DNA of 64,000 nucleotides from an uncultured Bacteroidales bacterium (GTDB lineage Bacteria; Bacteroidota; Bacteroidia; Bacteroidales; Bacteroidaceae): NCBI GenBank assembly GCA_902781515.1, contig CACZJU010000005.1, positions 28,911 to 92,910 of the forward strand, read 5' to 3'. Shown piece by piece: positions 61,913 to 64,000 of this stretch (position 1 is its first letter; each line of letters starts with the position of its first letter). The notes under the pieces were generated by a model. It saw only the letters and a program-made list of their open reading frames with translations, ran no database searches and was not told where the DNA came from. The position numbers and the translations under genes were made by a program.

Positions 61913-64000
61913 ATGAGACAAGAATGGAGAGGCTTCAAGGGCGTGAAATGGCTCGACGAAGTCAACGTTAGAGACTTTATCCAGAACAACTACACCGCTT
62001 ACGATGGTGACGAGAGTTTCCTCGTAGGACCTACCGAGGCTACGAACACCCTTTGGGGTAAGCTTCAGCAGTTGCAGAAGGCAGAGCGTGCCAAAGGCGG
62101 CGTGTTGGATATGGAGACGGAAATCGTCAGTTCGATGACCGCCTACGGTCCCGGTTACATTGACCCAGAGACAAAGGACCTGGAGCGCATCGTCGGTTTG
62201 CAGACCGACAAACCTCTGAAGCGTGCCTTCATGCCCTATGGCGGCATCAAGATGGCTGAGCAGGCCTGCACAACGTACGGCTACCAGCCTTCAGAGAAGC
62301 TGCACGAAATCTTCACAAAATATTGCAAGACCCACAACGAAGGCGTATTCGATGCTTACACCGATGAGATGAAGCGCGTTCGTCACAACCACATTCTGAC
62401 TGGTCTGCCCGATACTTACGGTCGCGGTCGTATCGTGGGCGACTATCGTCGTGTGGCTCTTTACGGTATTGACTTCCTTATCGAACAGAAGGAAATCGAT
62501 AAGTACAACTGTGGTAAGCGCCAGATGAGCGAGGATATCATCCGTCTGCGTGAGGAAATCTCTATGCAGATAAAGGCTCTGAAGGAGATGAAGAAGATGG
62601 CTGAAATCTATGGCTACGACATCAGTCAGCCTGCTAAGAACGCCCGTGAGGCAGTTCAGTGGCTCTATTTCGGCTACCTGGCAGCCATCAAGACACAGAA
62701 CGGCGCAGCAATGTCCGTAGGTCGTGTTTCTACCTTCCTCGATATCTACATCACCCGCGACCTTCAGGAAGGCACCCTTACTGAGGTTGAGGCACAGGAA
62801 CTCATCGACCATTTGGTAATGAAGTTCCGTATGGTGAAGTTCGCCCGTATTCCTGCTTATAACGAAGTATTCTCAGGCGATCCCGTTTGGGCAACCCTCG
62901 AAGTTGCAGGTATCGGACAGGACGGTCGTCATCAGGTTACTAAGAACTGCTTCCGCTTCCTACACACTCTGGAGAACATGGGTCCCTCGCCCGAACCAAA
63001 CCTCACTGTGCTCTATTCTCCTCGTCTGCCTGAGAGCTTCAAGCGCTATGCAGCAATGATTAGTGTGAAGACAAGCTCAATCCAGTACGAGAACGACGAT
63101 GTGATGCGTCCCATCTGGGGTGACGACTACAGCATCTGCTGCTGCGTCAGCGCCACACAGACAGGTAAGGAGATGCAGCTCTTCGGTGCTCGTGCCAATA
63201 TGGCTAAGACACTGCTCTATGCCATCAACGGCGGTGTTGATGCTAAGACACGCGAACAGTGCGGTCCTAAGTTCCGTCCCATCACTTCTGAGTATCTGAC
63301 TTGGGAAGAACTGGAGCCTCGCTTCCGCGATATGCTGGAGTGGTTGGCAGACATCTATGTCAACACGCTCAACCTTATCCATTACATGCACGATAAGTAC
63401 TTCTACGAGGCTGCCGAAATGGCTCTTATTGATACCGACGTGCGCCGTACTTTTGCAACAGGTATCGCTGGCTTCAGTCACGTAATCGACAGCATCTGCG
63501 CCGTTAAGTACGCAAAGGTGAAGATTATCCGCGACGAGACAGGTTTCAATGTTGACTATGTAACCGAAGGCGACTTCCCACGCTATGGTAACGACGATGA
63601 TCGTGCCGACGAGGTAGCATTGTGGGTACTGAAGACCTTCCTCGCAAAGATTAAGCGTCACCACACCTATCGTAACTCAGAGCCCACGACCTCTATCCTC
63701 ACCATCACCTCTAATGTGGTTTATGGTAAGTACACAGGCAACCTGCCCGATGGTCGTCGCGCCGGAGCTCCTCTGTCACCTGGTGCCAACCCAAGCTACG
63801 GTGCTGAGAAAAATGGCTTGCTGGCTTCGCTGAACTCTGTTGCAAAGATTCCTTACGAGTATGCACTCGACGGTATCTCCAATACACAGACTATCGCTCC
63901 CAGCACTCTGGGCACCAACGACGAGGAACGTGCACAGACTCTGGTTCGCGTAATGGACGGTTACTTCTCGAAGGGTGCTCATCACCTCAATGTGAACGTA
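61913..64000 (+). CDS. pflB: Pyruvate formate-lyase (formate C-acetyltransferase). The 3' end lies outside the window.
   Basis: Hand translation from ATG 61913: MRQEWRGFKGVKWLDEVNVRDFIQNNYTAYDGDESFL...LTGLPDTYGRGRIVGDYRRVALYG... The active-site cysteines SICCCVSA lie near 63130. The frame is open to the window end. Track ORFs 62291..62812(-) and 63077..63664(-) are antisense shadows. Confidence 0.92.
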   Translation, partial: MRQEWRGFKGVKWLDEVNVRDFIQNNYTAYDGDESFLVGPTEATNTLWGKLQQLQKAERAKGGVLDMETEIVSSMTAYGPGYIDPETKDLERIVGLQTDKPLKRAFMPYGGIKMAEQACTTYGYQPSEKLHEIFTKYCKTHNEGVFDAYTDEMKRVRHNHILTGLPDTYGRGRIVGDYRRVALYGIDFLIEQKEIDKYNCGKRQMSEDIIRLREEISMQIKALKEMKKMAEIYGYDISQPAKNAREAVQWLYFGYLAAIKTQNGAAMSVGRVSTFLDIYITRDLQEGTLTEVEAQELIDHLVMKFRMVKFARIPAYNEVFSGDPVWATLEVAGIGQDGRHQVTKNCFRFLHTLENMGPSPEPNLTVLYSPRLPESFKRYAAMISVKTSSIQYENDDVMRPIWGDDYSICCCVSATQTGKEMQLFGARANMAKTLLYAINGGVDAKTREQCGPKFRPITSEYLTWEELEPRFRDMLEWLADIYVNTLNLIHYMHDKYFYEAAEMALIDTDVRRTFATGIAGFSHVIDSICAVKYAKVKIIRDETGFNVDYVTEGDFPRYGNDDDRADEVALWVLKTFLAKIKRHHTYRNSEPTTSILTITSNVVYGKYTGNLPDGRRAGAPLSPGANPSYGAEKNGLLASLNSVAKIPYEYALDGISNTQTIAPSTLGTNDEERAQTLVRVMDGYFSKGAHHLNVNV

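Overview
This 64-kb window comes from a Bacteroidota chromosome. It looks Prevotella/Segatella-like: TAnnTTTG -7 promoter boxes, a T9SS C-terminal sorting domain, PPi-dependent PFK and many glycoside hydrolases. The taxon call is inference, not a search result. Most of the window is ordinary core or glycan-utilisation content. In order: flavodiiron protein (partial), zeta-toxin-like kinase, trmD, htpG-clpC, ygiQ, plsC-like acyltransferase, pfp, GH25 lysozyme, prmA, a secreted lipase/LRR/T9SS protein, djlA-like co-chaperone, cysC-cysD-cysN plus a sulfotransferase, GH51, mltG, an SGNH esterase, a STAS/PP2C/HATPase partner-switching pair, GH31, a GNAT-DegT fusion, comF, two GT2 genes, a TonB-dependent receptor and pflB (partial). 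The stand-out is an AT-rich, single-strand, tightly packed accessory island at about 18.64-31.7 kb, with two higher-GC genes appended up to 33.73 kb. It contains no housekeeping genes and no integrase. It combines two paralogous Hanks-type Ser/Thr kinases carrying WG repeats (one looks like a transmembrane receptor kinase), a PP2C phosphatase, and a DarT (DUF4433) ADP-ribosyltransferase domain fused to a vWA/TerY-like domain. It also has a second, frameshifted R-S-E-type ADP-ribosyltransferase followed by two tiny coupled ORFs. Three candidate ADP-ribose-processing enzymes are present: a NADAR-like protein, an A1S_2505-like+DUF1810 fusion, and an ARH/DraG-type ADP-ribosylglycohydrolase. I read this as a TerY-P-type (vWA/PP2C/kinase) phospho-switch wired to a DarT effector, that is, a hybrid of two known anti-phage themes. 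I am not aware of this architecture having been described, and I cannot run a search to confirm that. Two homologous promoter regions carrying the same 17-bp palindrome head the two operons of the island. Other notable items: an 80-bp near-perfect direct repeat (promoter cassette) flanking djlA plus an AAA ATPase; heptanucleotide-period AT-rich microsatellites in front of many start codons and even inside three signal-peptide coding regions; an extreme Tyr/Trp-rich and RGG-rich secreted protein paired with an outer-membrane barrel; and a STAS domain fused to an APH-like kinase. No rRNA, tRNA or CRISPR array was seen.
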